From the NCBI GenBank assembly GCA_051960215.1, contig JBQCEN010000080.1, positions 1 to 50,432 on the forward strand: a DNA stretch of 50,432 nucleotides. Direction: 5' to 3'. This document shows positions 10,862-22,535 of this stretch, in pieces (positions within the stretch are counted from its first letter, which is position 1; each line of letters opens with the position of its first letter). A program made the position numbers and the translations under genes. This DNA is from Pararhizobium sp. (lineage in GTDB: Bacteria; Pseudomonadota; Alphaproteobacteria; Rhizobiales; Rhizobiaceae). The notes under the pieces are model-generated. The model worked only from the letters and a program-made list of their open reading frames with translations. It was not told where the DNA came from and did not search any database.

Positions 10862-11113
10862 GAGGCGCTCCTCCGGGAGTGACGGGGCTTGCTCTTCCGG
10901 CGACCCGCATCCGAAGCCGGCTCTCCGCGCGCCCGTCCGAAGGCGGGACATTCGGTCCGTCCTCTTTCGGGACAACCCGGGATTGGGGCGGTCGATGATG
11001 TTCCGGAGTGGATCAGAGCCGTGAAATGCATGGGAAGTCCGGAATTCTGGTCTTCAGTCAGCCTGGCGGCGAGATAAGGCATACACGGCCTGCGCGTATT
11101 TTCAACGTCATGG

Positions 11114-11129
11114 CTAATATTAGGTTAAC
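11114..11129. promoter_or_regulatory. Possible CtrA box (CTAA-N7-TTAAC)
   Basis: One mismatch to TTAA-N7-TTAAC, in an AT-rich patch upstream of the hypothetical gene. Confidence 0.35.
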
Positions 11130-11175
11130 ACGCGTCACGCGCGGGCGGCGAGGCTATATGCGCTAAGTCTTGAGA

Positions 11176-11206
11176 ACGAAAAGGGGCGGCCCGAAGGCCG
11201 CCCCTT
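11176..11206 (-). terminator. Rho-independent terminator of groESL
   Basis: Minus strand AAGGGGCGGCC-TTCG-GGCCGCCCCTT followed by TTCGTT. Confidence 0.85.
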
Positions 11207-11243
11207 GATTGGATCGTCGAAGACGCTTCTGCCGGAAGGCAGA

Positions 11244-13018
<1,775 letters not shown>

Positions 13019-13054
13019 TTACATGATTGCTTGAGCGGATGAGGGGCTTTCGGT

Positions 13055-13351
13055 TCAGCCGATGATGCCCATGATGTCGGATTCCTTCATGATCAGAAGG
13101 TCTTCGCCATTGAGCTTCACTTCCGTGCCCGACCACTTGCCGAAGAGCACGCGGTCACCGGCCTTGACGTCGAGCGCAACGATCTTGCCGCTCTCGTCAC
13201 GCGCGCCCGAGCCGACGGCGATGATCTCGCCTTCCTGCGGCTTCTCCTTCGCGGTGTCGGGAATGATGATGCCGCCCTTGGTCTTCTCCTCGGACTCGAC
13301 CCGGCGGACCACGACGCGGTCGTGCAGCGGGCGGAAATTGGTGGTTGCCAT
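13055..13351 (-). CDS. groES: Co-chaperonin GroES
   Basis: [28 protein letters not shown]. Start MATTNF. Confidence 0.98.
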   Translation of the reverse strand: MATTNFRPLHDRVVVRRVESEEKTKGGIIIPDTAKEKPQEGEIIAVGSGARDESGKIVALDVKAGDRVLFGKWSGTEVKLNGEDLLIMKESDIMGIIG

Positions 13352-13404
13352 TGTCTTTACCCTCGATCGAATGACATATGCGGGCGTGGCCCGCGTCGGG
13401 TTGG

Positions 13405-13431
13405 CTGGCACTCCTCCAGGGAGAGTGCTAG
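13405..13431 (-). promoter_or_regulatory. CIRCE element (HrcA operator)
   Basis: CTAGCACTC-N9-GAGTGCCAG versus consensus TTAGCACTC-N9-GAGTGCTAA, upstream of groES. Confidence 0.9.
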
Positions 13432-13439
13432 CGGCGCCG

Positions 13440-13468
13440 AAATAGGATCGGGCGGAAGGGGAGTCAAG
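13440..13468 (-). promoter_or_regulatory. RpoH (sigma32)-type promoter of groESL
   Basis: CTTGAC-N16-CCTATTT just upstream of CIRCE, resembling the alphaproteobacterial RpoH consensus. Confidence 0.7.
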
Positions 13469-13590
13469 GCGGGCGCGGCGAAAAGCGTTCCCATGCCACG
13501 TCGGCTTCGGACTGTGGCTCCCCGGGCCTTGTATTCTCGCCGCGTCTGCGCAATGTCGTCGCCGCAGGCCAAACCCTCCCGCAGGAACCC

Positions 13591-14448
13591 GTGAACCCGA
13601 TGCTCAAGCAGACCCGGCACCTCGCCGACATCACCGCCGATTACGACGTGATCCTGAGCGACGTCTGGGGTGTCGTGCACAACGGCGTAAGCTCCTTTCC
13701 GCAGGCCTGTGCGGCGCTCGCCGCGGCACGCGCCGCCGGCAAGACGGTGATCCTCATCACCAACTCGCCGCGGCCCTGGAAGAGCGTCGCAGAGCAGCTC
13801 GATGCGATCGGCGTGCCGCGCGAGAGCTTCGACCGCATTGTCACCTCCGGCGACGTGACGCGCCACCTGATCGCCGACGGCCCGAAGCGCGTCGTGCTGA
13901 TCGGCCCGGAGCGCGATTGCGAGCTCGTCGCCGGCATCGACGTCGAGCTGGTTCCCGAAGCGGAGGCAGAGGTGGTGCTCTGCACCGGGCTTTTCGACGA
14001 CGACACGGAGCACCCGGAAGAATATCGCGCCATGCTCGAACGCCTGAGCGGCCGCGGCTTGCCGATGATCTGCGCCAACCCTGACCTCGTCGTGGAGCGC
14101 GGCCACCGGCTCGTGCCCTGCGCCGGCGCGCTCGCCACGATCTACCGCGAGCTCGGCGGCGAGACGCGCATTTCCGGCAAGCCGCACCGTCCGATCTACG
14201 AGGAGGCGATGGCAACGGCCCGCGCGCTCGTCGGCGACGTCGACAAGCGACGTACGCTCGCGATCGGCGACAGCATCCTGACGGACGTCAAGGGTGCGGC
14301 GGACTACGGCCTCGACATCCTCTATATCGGCGGCGGCATCCACGCGAAGCACTACGCCGGCGGCGACACGATCGATGCCGGGAAGCTGGAAGCCTACCTC
14401 GCCGAGCAGGGCGTGGCGCCGCGCTTCTGGATGCAGCGTCTTGTCTAG
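13591..14448 (+). CDS. HAD-superfamily subfamily IIA hydrolase (TIGR01459-like)
   Basis: [37 protein letters not shown]. Upstream of ribF. Confidence 0.9.
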   Translation: MNPMLKQTRHLADITADYDVILSDVWGVVHNGVSSFPQACAALAAARAAGKTVILITNSPRPWKSVAEQLDAIGVPRESFDRIVTSGDVTRHLIADGPKRVVLIGPERDCELVAGIDVELVPEAEAEVVLCTGLFDDDTEHPEEYRAMLERLSGRGLPMICANPDLVVERGHRLVPCAGALATIYRELGGETRISGKPHRPIYEEAMATARALVGDVDKRRTLAIGDSILTDVKGAADYGLDILYIGGGIHAKHYAGGDTIDAGKLEAYLAEQGVAPRFWMQRLV

Positions 14449-14459
14449 CTGACCCTCCG

Positions 14460-15464
14460 ATGCCCGACCTGCTGAAGCACGGCACCTCACCGATCCCGCG
14501 CATCGCTCCTGGCGGCGGACCACCGGGCGCGCCGAGGGGCGCGGTCGTGGCGATCGGCAATTTCGACGGCGTGCACCGCGGCCACCAGTGGGTGCTGGAG
14601 AAGGCGCGCGCCCTTGCCGCCTCCGAGAGCCGGCCGGCCTGCGTGCTGACGTTCGAGCCGCATCCGCGCACGGTGTTTAGGCCCGGGGAGCCGGTCTTCC
14701 GGCTGACGCCGGCGCCGCTTCGCGCCCGCATCCTCGGCCTCCTCGGCTTCCATGCCGTGGTCGAGCAGCCCTTCACCCGCGCCTTTTCGGAGAACTCGGC
14801 GGAGGTCTTCGTCACGCATGTGCTCTGCGAGCAGCTCGGCGCCGCCCATATCGTCACCGGCTTCGACTTCCATTTCGGCCACGACCGCGAGGGTGGCCCG
14901 GCTTTCCTGGTGGCGGCCGGCGAGCGCCATCGCTTCGGCGTCACGCTGATGGACGCCTATCGCGACGAGAACGGAGGGGTCGTCTCCTCGAGCCGCATCC
15001 GCGCCGCACTTGGCGCGGGCGATGTCGTGGCTGCAGCCGGCCTGCTCGGCTACCGCTTCACGGTCGAGGCGGCTGTGGAGGCGGGCAAGAAGCTCGGCCG
15101 CACCCGCGGCTATCCGACGGCGAACATGACGCTGCCACCCGAATTCGGCCTCAGGCCCGGCATCTATGCGGTGCGCCTGCGCCGCGCCGACGGCACGCTT
15201 CATGACGGCGTTGCGAGCTACGGCTATCGCCCGACCGTCGATGCCGACGGGGCAGCGCTTCTGGAGACCTACGTCTTCGATTTCTCCGGCGACCTCTACG
15301 GCGAGACCTGCAGCGTCTCCTTCTTCGGTCATCTGCGCGACGAGGCGAAGTTCGCCGGCCTCGACGCGCTTGTGGCGCAGATGAAGGCCGACGAGGCGGA
15401 GGCGCGGGCGCTGCTTTCCGGCGTGCGGCCGCTCTCGCCGCTCGATCAGGGCCTGTGTTTCTAG
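14460..15464 (+). CDS. ribF: Bifunctional riboflavin kinase/FAD synthetase
   Basis: IGNFDGVHRGHQ, TFEPHP, SSSRIR, GYPTAN, LETYVFDFSGDLYG. Upstream of ileS. Confidence 0.95.
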   Translation: MPDLLKHGTSPIPRIAPGGGPPGAPRGAVVAIGNFDGVHRGHQWVLEKARALAASESRPACVLTFEPHPRTVFRPGEPVFRLTPAPLRARILGLLGFHAVVEQPFTRAFSENSAEVFVTHVLCEQLGAAHIVTGFDFHFGHDREGGPAFLVAAGERHRFGVTLMDAYRDENGGVVSSSRIRAALGAGDVVAAAGLLGYRFTVEAAVEAGKKLGRTRGYPTANMTLPPEFGLRPGIYAVRLRRADGTLHDGVASYGYRPTVDADGAALLETYVFDFSGDLYGETCSVSFFGHLRDEAKFAGLDALVAQMKADEAEARALLSGVRPLSPLDQGLCF

Positions 15465-15562
15465 CCGCAGGGCGCGGCGGCCTTTTCATCAGGTCCAAAA
15501 CTGTCTAAGGAACGCCGCGATATGACAGGATCGCGCCCCGCCCTCGATCGGCGAATTACCGG

Positions 15563-15606
15563 CCCGGCCTTCCGCGCGCGCTCGGCCAGCGCCGGGAAGG
15601 TCCGGG
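15563..15606 (+). promoter_or_regulatory. Stem-loop in the ileS leader
   Basis: CCCGGCCTTCC...GCGCT-CGGCC-AGCGC...GGAAGGTCCGGG, about 85 nt before the ileS ATG. Confidence 0.45.
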
Positions 15607-15690
15607 AGCGACCGGCGCATGTCCGACGCGCCATTTCCGTCACGACAGATCAAGCCACGCGCGCCCGGCGCGCCAACCCCTGGCGAAACC

Positions 15691-18600
15691 ATGACCGATA
15701 CCGCCGAAAAGATCGACTATTCGAAGACCCTCTACCTGCCCGAGACCGAGTTCCCGATGCGCGCCGGCCTGCCGAAGAAGGAGCCGGAACTCGTCGCCCG
15801 CTGGCAGGAGATGGACCTTTACAAGAAGCTGCGCGAGGACGCCGCCGGCCGGACGAAATACGTCCTCCACGACGGCCCACCCTATGCCAACGGCAACATC
15901 CACATCGGCCACGCGCTGAACAAGATCCTGAAGGACGTCATCACGCGCTCCTTCCAGATGCGCGGCTACGATTCCAACTACGTGCCCGGCTGGGACTGCC
16001 ACGGCCTGCCGATCGAGTGGAAGATCGAGGAGCAGTACCGCGCCAAGGGCCGCAACAAGGACGAAGTGCCGATCAACGAGTTCCGCCAGGAGTGCCGAGA
16101 GTTCGCGCAGCACTGGATCACCATCCAGACCGCGGAGTTCCAGCGCCTCGGCATCGAGGGCGACTTCAAGCACCCCTACACGACCATGGCCTTCCACGCC
16201 GAGGCCCGCATCGCCGGCGAACTCCTCAAGTTCGCGATGTCCGGCCAGCTCTACCGCGGCTCCAAGCCGATCATGTGGAGCGTCGTGGAGAAGACCGCGC
16301 TCGCCGAGGCCGAGGTCGAGTACCAGGACTACGAGAGCGACACGATCTGGGTGAAGTTCCCGGCGGTCTCGGGGCCGGACACGCTGCGTGGCAGCGCCGT
16401 CGTCATCTGGACGACGACGCCTTGGACGATCCCCGGCAACCGCGCGATCTCCTATTCTCCGCGCATCGCCTATGGCCTCTATGAAGTGACTGCAGCCGAG
16501 AACGACTTCGGGCCGCAGGCTGGCGAGAAGCTGATCTTCGCAGATGCGCTGGCGGAGGAAGCTTTCGCCAAGGCGAAGCTTGGATACAAGCGCCTGCGCG
16601 ACGTTCCTTCCGACGAGATTTCAACGATCGTTTGCGCCCACCCGCTCGCCGGCTGGCACCCATCCTCCCCCCTTGCGGGGGAGGTGGCCGCGCAGCGGCC
16701 GGAGGGGGGCTTGGGTAGCGCCGTGCCGTATGGCTTCCCCGTGCCGCTTCTTCCCGGCGACCACGTCACCGACGACGCCGGCACGGGCTTCGTGCACACG
16801 GCGCCCGGCCACGGGCGCGAGGACTTCGACGTGTGGATGGACCACGCGCGCGATCTGGAGGCGCGGGGGATCCCGACGCAGATCCCGTTCACCGTCGACG
16901 ACGACGGCTTCTATACAAAGGATGCACCGGGCTTCGGCCCGGATGCGCCGGAGGGGGCCGCCCGCGTCCTCGACGACAAGGGCAAGAAGGGCGACGCCAA
17001 CAAGCGCGTGATCGAGGCCCTGATCAAGACGAACACGCTCTTCGCCCGCGGCCGGCTGAAGCACACCTATCCGCATTCCTGGCGCTCGAAGAAGCCGGTG
17101 ATCTTCCGCAACACGCCCCAGTGGTTCGTCTATATGGACAAGGATCTCGGCGGCTATGGGCTTGGCAGCTCGCCGATCTCCCCCCTTGCGGGGGAGATGC
17201 CCGGCTGGGCAGTGGGGGGTGAGGGCGGTGCGGCAAACGCGGATGGTGGTGCGGGTCGAGAGGCTGCAACACCCCCCTCTGTCACCTCCGGTGAGATCTC
17301 CCCCGCAAGGGGGGAGATCGGGGCCCGACCGGACACCCTGCGCAACCGCGCCCTTGCCGCCATCGACGCGACGCGCTTTGTGCCCGCGGCCGGGCAGAAC
17401 CGCCTCCGCGGCATGATCGAGGACCGGCCGGACTGGGTTCTCTCCCGCCAGCGTGCCTGGGGCGTGCCGATCTGCATCTTCGCCGATGCCGACGGCAACG
17501 TGCTCAAGGACGAGGCGGTGAATGCGCGCATCCTCAAGGCCTTCGAAAAGGAGGGCGCTGACGCCTGGTTCGCCGAAGGCGCCAAGGAGCGCTTCCTCGG
17601 CAACGACCATGATCCGGCGGAATGGCGCCAGGTCATGGACATCCTCGACGTCTGGTTCGATTCCGGCTCGACGCACACCTTCACGCTGGAAGACCGCCCC
17701 GACCTGAAATGGCCGGCCGACGTCTATCTCGAAGGCTCCGACCAGCATCGCGGCTGGTTCCATTCCTCGCTTCTGGAAAGCTGCGCCACGCGCGGCCGTG
17801 CCCCCTACGACACCCTCGTCACCCATGGCTTCACCATGGACGAGAAGGGCGAGAAGATGTCGAAGTCGCGCGGCAACGTCGTGACCCCGCAGGAGGTGAT
17901 GGCCCAGTCGGGCGCCGATATCCTGCGGCTCTGGGTGATGACGACGGATTACGGCGAGGACCAGCGTCTCGGCAAGGCGATCATCCAGACCAACATCGAC
18001 GCCTACCGCAAGCTCAGGAACACCGTGCGCTGGATGCTCGGGACGCTCGCCCATGACGAGGGTGAGGACGTGCCGCTTGCCGAGATGCCGGAGCTCGAGC
18101 GGCTGATGCTGCACCGGCTCTCCGAGCTCGACGGGCTGGTGCGCCAGGGGTACGATGCCTTCGACTTCAAGCGCATCTCGCGTGCGCTGATCGATTTCGC
18201 CAATATCGAGCTTTCGGCCTTCTATTTCGACGTGCGCAAGGACGCGCTCTATTGCGACGCCCCGTCGAGCGTCCGCCGCAAGGCGGCGCTGCAGGTGATC
18301 CGCACGCTCTTCGACTGCCTCGTCACGTGGCTCGCGCCGATGTTGCCCTTCACCATGGAGGAGGCCTGGCTGTCGCGGGACCCGCAGGCTGTCTCGGTCC
18401 ATCTTCAGCAGTTCCCCGACCTGCCCGAAGGCTGGCGGGACGACGCGCTCGCGGCGAAATGGCGGAAGATCCGCACCGTGCGGCGCGTCGTCACCGGCGC
18501 GCTGGAGGTCGAGCGGCGGGAGAAGCGCATCGGCTCGTCGCTCGAGGCCGCACCGGTCGTGCACGTCACCGATCCGGAGCTCCGCGCCGCCCTGGAAGGG

Positions 18601-18843
18601 ACGGATTTCGCCGAGATCTGCATCACCTCCGGCATCACGATCCGCTCCGACGCAGCGCCGGCGGATGCCTTCCGGCTCGACGACGTCCCGGCGGTCGCCG
18701 TCGTTCCGGCGCTTGCCGAGGGACGCAAGTGCGCGCGCTCCTGGCAGATCACCGACGACGTCGGCTCCGATCCGGAGTTTCCGGACGTCTCGGCGCGCGA
18801 CGCCGCCGCGCTTCGTGAATTGCGGGCGCTCGGTCGCCTGTGA
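15691..18843 (+). CDS. ileS: Isoleucine--tRNA ligase (type 1) with two in-frame palindromic insertions
   Basis: [25 protein letters not shown] and KMSKS motifs. Start MTDTAEK. Confidence 0.97.
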   Translation: MTDTAEKIDYSKTLYLPETEFPMRAGLPKKEPELVARWQEMDLYKKLREDAAGRTKYVLHDGPPYANGNIHIGHALNKILKDVITRSFQMRGYDSNYVPGWDCHGLPIEWKIEEQYRAKGRNKDEVPINEFRQECREFAQHWITIQTAEFQRLGIEGDFKHPYTTMAFHAEARIAGELLKFAMSGQLYRGSKPIMWSVVEKTALAEAEVEYQDYESDTIWVKFPAVSGPDTLRGSAVVIWTTTPWTIPGNRAISYSPRIAYGLYEVTAAENDFGPQAGEKLIFADALAEEAFAKAKLGYKRLRDVPSDEISTIVCAHPLAGWHPSSPLAGEVAAQRPEGGLGSAVPYGFPVPLLPGDHVTDDAGTGFVHTAPGHGREDFDVWMDHARDLEARGIPTQIPFTVDDDGFYTKDAPGFGPDAPEGAARVLDDKGKKGDANKRVIEALIKTNTLFARGRLKHTYPHSWRSKKPVIFRNTPQWFVYMDKDLGGYGLGSSPISPLAGEMPGWAVGGEGGAANADGGAGREAATPPSVTSGEISPARGEIGARPDTLRNRALAAIDATRFVPAAGQNRLRGMIEDRPDWVLSRQRAWGVPICIFADADGNVLKDEAVNARILKAFEKEGADAWFAEGAKERFLGNDHDPAEWRQVMDILDVWFDSGSTHTFTLEDRPDLKWPADVYLEGSDQHRGWFHSSLLESCATRGRAPYDTLVTHGFTMDEKGEKMSKSRGNVVTPQEVMAQSGADILRLWVMTTDYGEDQRLGKAIIQTNIDAYRKLRNTVRWMLGTLAHDEGEDVPLAEMPELERLMLHRLSELDGLVRQGYDAFDFKRISRALIDFANIELSAFYFDVRKDALYCDAPSSVRRKAALQVIRTLFDCLVTWLAPMLPFTMEEAWLSRDPQAVSVHLQQFPDLPEGWRDDALAAKWRKIRTVRRVVTGALEVERREKRIGSSLEAAPVVHVTDPELRAALEGTDFAEICITSGITIRSDAAPADAFRLDDVPAVAVVPALAEGRKCARSWQITDDVGSDPEFPDVSARDAAALRELRALGRL
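16664..16710 (+). repeat. Half copy of palindromic repeat, in frame in ileS ([15 protein letters not shown])
   Basis: CCTCCCCCCTTGCGGGGGAGG hairpin plus GGCCG-CGCAG-CGGCC hairpin. Shares its core with the 17173 element. Confidence 0.8.
17173..17321. mobile_element. 149-bp MITE/REP-like element inserted in frame in ileS
   Basis: Perfect 26-bp terminal inverted repeats CCGATCTCCCCCCTTGCGGGGGAGAT (17173-17198 and 17296-17321). Mobility is inferred, not shown. Confidence 0.8.
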
Positions 18844-18970
18844 GTGGCGGCCGCGCGATGATTGCGGGGATTGCCGCGTTCCGCTAGAAGCGTGTCAACA
18901 AATGGCCGGAATTGTCGGCCAGCAGCGAATGTCGACGCCTGGATTGGCCGGCGGGGGCGGGAAAGATCGT

Positions 18971-19594
18971 ATGGAAATGACTGCGAAGCTTCGACATGCA
19001 GCGAGCGCCCTGGCGCTGGTGGTCGCCGGCGTGGCGCTTTCCGGCTGCCTCGGCGATCCGACCTACGGCACCGACAAGAGCCAGATGGGCCACCTTGCCG
19101 ACGACCTCGGCAACGTGATCTCGCTGCCGAAGAACAAGGCCGCCGACATCACCTACCAGCCCCGTCCGGGGATCGTCCAGCCGCCGAAGGGCGAGGGGAG
19201 CGTCCTGCCGCCGCCCGAGCAAAGCGTGGCGAGCAAGGGTAACCAGAATTGGCCGGAATCTCCGGAGGAGACGCGCAACCGTCTCGTCGCGGAAGTCAAC
19301 GAGCAGAACGGCATCCATCGGAACATCCAGCTCGGCGAATCGCCGCGCGCCTTCGATACCGGCGGCCACAGCAGCGTCTCGGATGCGCAGACCAAGCAGT
19401 TTCGCCAGGCGCTCAACGTCGAGAACCACAGCTACGCCGACCGGCGCTTCCTGAGCGATCCGCCGGAGGGGCTGCGCCAGCCGGCGCCGACCGCCCCGAC
19501 CGACGAACTCGGGACCCCGGAAAAGCAGAAGGAACGCGAGCGCACGGCCGCGGCCAAGAAGGAAAAGTCCGGCAAGAGCTGGTGGCCTTGGTAA
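18971..19594 (+). CDS. Hypothetical lipoprotein
   Basis: Signal peptide with lipobox LSGC, then PTYGTDK...WPESPEE...LSDPP...KSWWPW. Confidence 0.8.
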   Translation: MEMTAKLRHAASALALVVAGVALSGCLGDPTYGTDKSQMGHLADDLGNVISLPKNKAADITYQPRPGIVQPPKGEGSVLPPPEQSVASKGNQNWPESPEETRNRLVAEVNEQNGIHRNIQLGESPRAFDTGGHSSVSDAQTKQFRQALNVENHSYADRRFLSDPPEGLRQPAPTAPTDELGTPEKQKERERTAAAKKEKSGKSWWPW

Positions 19595-19664
19595 TCCCGC
19601 TCGGACCTGAGGGGCTCCGATAAAGGCAGCGCGATGGGGGCCGCGCGCTGTCGTGGGTCTTGCT

Positions 19665-20111
19665 CTACCGGCGATCCTCGAAGAACGTCCGAAGCAGCGC
19701 GGCGGCGCGGCCCTCGCCGATGCCGCCATAGATTTCGGGGGCATGGTGGCATGTGGGTGAGCCGAAGAAGCGCACGCCGTTGACGACCGCGCCGCCCTTC
19801 GGGTCCTCTGCGCCGAAATAGAGCCGGCGGATGCGGGCGAAGGAGATCGCCGCCGCGCACATCGTGCAGGGTTCGAGCGTGACGTAGAGGTCGGCGCCCG
19901 TCAGCCGCTCGCTTCCAAGCAGGCGCGCAGCCTCGCGGATCGCCCCGATCTCGGCATGTTCGGTCACGTCGTTCAGCAGGCGCGTGCGGTTGCCCTGCCG
20001 GGCGACGATCTTGCCGTCGAGCACGATCACCGCGCCGACCGGCACCTCGCCGCGCGCGCCCGCCGCTTCCGCCTCGCAGAGCGCGATGTCCATGAAGCTC
20101 GGTCGAGGCAA
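19665..20111 (-). CDS. tadA: tRNA adenosine(34) deaminase / nucleoside deaminase
   Basis: GEVPVGAV, HAE, TLEPCTMC, DPKGGA. Start is TTG 20111 (or ATG 20093). Confidence 0.9.
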   Translation of the reverse strand: MPRPSFMDIALCEAEAAGARGEVPVGAVIVLDGKIVARQGNRTRLLNDVTEHAEIGAIREAARLLGSERLTGADLYVTLEPCTMCAAAISFARIRRLYFGAEDPKGGAVVNGVRFFGSPTCHHAPEIYGGIGEGRAAALLRTFFEDRR

Positions 20112-20182
20112 GCCCGTGATCTTTCCTCTTAACCCTCTCCGCCCGACCTGATAGGACGTCGGCAAAAGGCAGGCAAACGCAA

Positions 20183-21844
20183 ATGACACCGACAGACAAG
20201 CCCCGTCGCCCGCGCACGAAGCCGGCCGAAGGCCAAGGGCCACACGCGCAACCGGCCGCCGGCGCGGAAGTCCAGGGTGCGCCGGAGCGGATCGCCAAGA
20301 TCCTGGCGCGCGCCGGCGTCGCTTCGCGCCGCGATGCCGAGCGCATGGTCATGGAGGGCCGGATCGCCGTCAACGGCACGGTGCTGACGACGCCGGCCTT
20401 CACGGCGACGCTCGCCGACCGGATCGAGGTCGACGGCCTGCCGATCCGCGGCATCGAGCGCACCCGGCTCTGGCTCTACTACAAGCCGGCGGGCCTCGTG
20501 ACGACCAACAGCGATCCGGAAGGCCGCCCGACCGTCTTCGAGAACCTGCCTGCAGACCTGCCGCGCGTGCTCTCCGTCGGCCGGCTGGACATCAACACGG
20601 AAGGCCTGTTGCTGCTGACCAACGACGGCGGACTGGCGCGTGTGCTCGAGCTGCCCGCGACGGGCTGGCTCAGGCGCTACCGCGTGCGCGCGCATGGCGA
20701 CGTCGATCAGGCCGCGCTCGACAGGCTGAAGGAGGGGATCGCCGTCGACGGCGTGCTCTATGGCGCCATCGACGCGACGCTCGACCGGACGCAGGGTTCG
20801 AACGTCTGGATCACGATGGGGCTCCGCGAGGGCAAGAACCGCGAGATCAAGAACGTGCTCGGTGCCCTCGGCCTGGAGGTGAACCGGCTGATCCGCATCT
20901 CCTACGGCCCCTTCCAGCTTGCCGATCTCGCCGAGGGCGCGGTGCGCGAAATCCGCGGCCGGACGCTCCGCGACCAGCTCGGTCCGCGACTGATCGCCGA
21001 GTCCGGCGCGAACTTCGAAGCCCCGGTCTTCGAGCGCGAGGATGCCGGCGGCGAGCCGGCGGCGCCCGCTCCCGAAAAGGGACGGCCGGAGAAGGAGCGT
21101 CCCGCTCGGCGCGACGACCGATCACCGGAGGACAAGCGCGAGCGCGCGCTCGCGCGCCTCGACACGCGGCGCGACGATCGGAAGAAGGACGACCGGCCGA
21201 AACACCGGCCGGTGAGCCGCAACCGGTCCTCCAACGTCTGGATGGCGCCGGGCGCCCGGCCGCTTGGGCCGAAGCAGGCCGAGGCCGCCGAAAAGGCGCG
21301 CGAACGCGCCGAACGGAAGAGTTCAGGGCGCGCCGGCCGCCCCGCGTCCAAGGCCGCGCGGTTCGACAACGCCGTCGCCAAGGACGGCCCGCGCAAGCCG
21401 AAGCCGCGCAGCGCCGACGGCTTTGGTCATGGCGGGGAGGGGGGACATCGCGCTTCAAGCGGCGGTTCTGCCGGGAAGAACGCCACGAGCCGTCCCCGGG
21501 AGCGTGGCGAGCGCGAGGAAGCCCGATCGCCGCGTGGCGCGCCATCGGGCAAGACTGCCTTCTCCGGCCGTAGCAAGGACGCACGGGGCGCCTCCGCCGG
21601 ATCGCAGCGCGAGGAGGGCTTCAGGCCGGAGCGCAGGGGCGGGAAGAAGAGCTTCGGAAAACCTGACGCTGCGGGCGGCGCGCGCTCGCAGGGCGACGGG
21701 CCTGCCAGGTTCGCCGGCAAGGGCGGCCGGCCCGGGAAGCCGGGCGGCAAGGGCGGCCGACCCGGACAGCCGGGCGGCGCGGGCGGCCGGCCGCGTGGCG
21801 GGGCGCCGCGGGGAGGAAAGCCGGGTGCGGATCGTCGGCGGTGA
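20183..21844 (+). CDS. S4-domain rRNA pseudouridine synthase (RluB-like) with long basic disordered tail
   Basis: ERIAKILARAGVASRR S4 domain, GRLDINTEGLLLLTNDG, EGKNREI. Confidence 0.92.
   Translation: MTPTDKPRRPRTKPAEGQGPHAQPAAGAEVQGAPERIAKILARAGVASRRDAERMVMEGRIAVNGTVLTTPAFTATLADRIEVDGLPIRGIERTRLWLYYKPAGLVTTNSDPEGRPTVFENLPADLPRVLSVGRLDINTEGLLLLTNDGGLARVLELPATGWLRRYRVRAHGDVDQAALDRLKEGIAVDGVLYGAIDATLDRTQGSNVWITMGLREGKNREIKNVLGALGLEVNRLIRISYGPFQLADLAEGAVREIRGRTLRDQLGPRLIAESGANFEAPVFEREDAGGEPAAPAPEKGRPEKERPARRDDRSPEDKRERALARLDTRRDDRKKDDRPKHRPVSRNRSSNVWMAPGARPLGPKQAEAAEKARERAERKSSGRAGRPASKAARFDNAVAKDGPRKPKPRSADGFGHGGEGGHRASSGGSAGKNATSRPRERGEREEARSPRGAPSGKTAFSGRSKDARGASAGSQREEGFRPERRGGKKSFGKPDAAGGARSQGDGPARFAGKGGRPGKPGGKGGRPGQPGGAGGRPRGGAPRGGKPGADRRR
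21716..21793 (+). repeat. 30-bp in-frame tandem repeat (GKGGRPGKPG), about 2.6 copies
   Basis: Units at 21716-21745, 21746-21775 and partial 21776-21793. Confidence 0.75.
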
Positions 21845-22535
21845 GTTTCGCGGGCGCGTGCTCGCGACGCCGAAGAGCCAGGCGATCCGGCCGACGACGG
21901 ATCGCACCCGCGAGAGCCTGTTCAACATCCTGGCGCACGCCTATCCGGAGGCGCTTGTCGGTGCCCGGGTGCTCGAGCTTTTCGCCGGCACTGGCGCCGT
22001 CGGGCTGGAGGCGCTCTCGCGCGGCGCGGCGAGCGCGCTCTTCGTCGAGACGAGCGTCGAGGGCCGGGGGCTGCTGCGCACCAACATCGAGGCGCTCGCC
22101 CTCCAGGGCCGCGCACGCATCTTCCGACGCGACGCCACGGCGCTAGGCTCGGTTGGCACGATCGAGCCCTTTTCGCTGCTCTTCGCCGATCCACCCTCCG
22201 GCACGGGCGTCGGCGAGAAGGCGCTGCGCGCCGCGGCCGCAGGCGGCTGGCTGATCCCGGGAGCGCTCGCCATCATCGAGGAACGGGCCGACGTCGAGCC
22301 GGATATGAAGCTCCCCTTTCGCCGCCTCGAAGAACGCAGCTTCGGCGACACGAAGATGCACTTCTATCGATTCGAATACGCCTATGCGGGCTACTCCTCG
22401 ACCGGGCCGGCGGCCCTCGTCTCCGCCTTCGGCTCCTTCTCGCCCTCCCGGTCGAAGACGTCGCTGCTGCGTTTCGGCTTTAGCAGCGGCTCCGGCGTCA
22501 CCGGGCGGTTGAGCAGCATGTTGGCGCCGGCATAG
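21825..22535 (+). CDS. rsmD: 16S rRNA m2G966 methyltransferase RsmD (DPPS motif variant, extended C-terminus)
   Basis: GTG start after GGAGG. MRIVGGEFRGR, RPTTDRTRESLFNIL, LFAGTGAVGLEALSRGA. Confidence 0.88.
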   Translation: MRIVGGEFRGRVLATPKSQAIRPTTDRTRESLFNILAHAYPEALVGARVLELFAGTGAVGLEALSRGAASALFVETSVEGRGLLRTNIEALALQGRARIFRRDATALGSVGTIEPFSLLFADPPSGTGVGEKALRAAAAGGWLIPGALAIIEERADVEPDMKLPFRRLEERSFGDTKMHFYRFEYAYAGYSSTGPAALVSAFGSFSPSRSKTSLLRFGFSSGSGVTGRLSSMLAPA

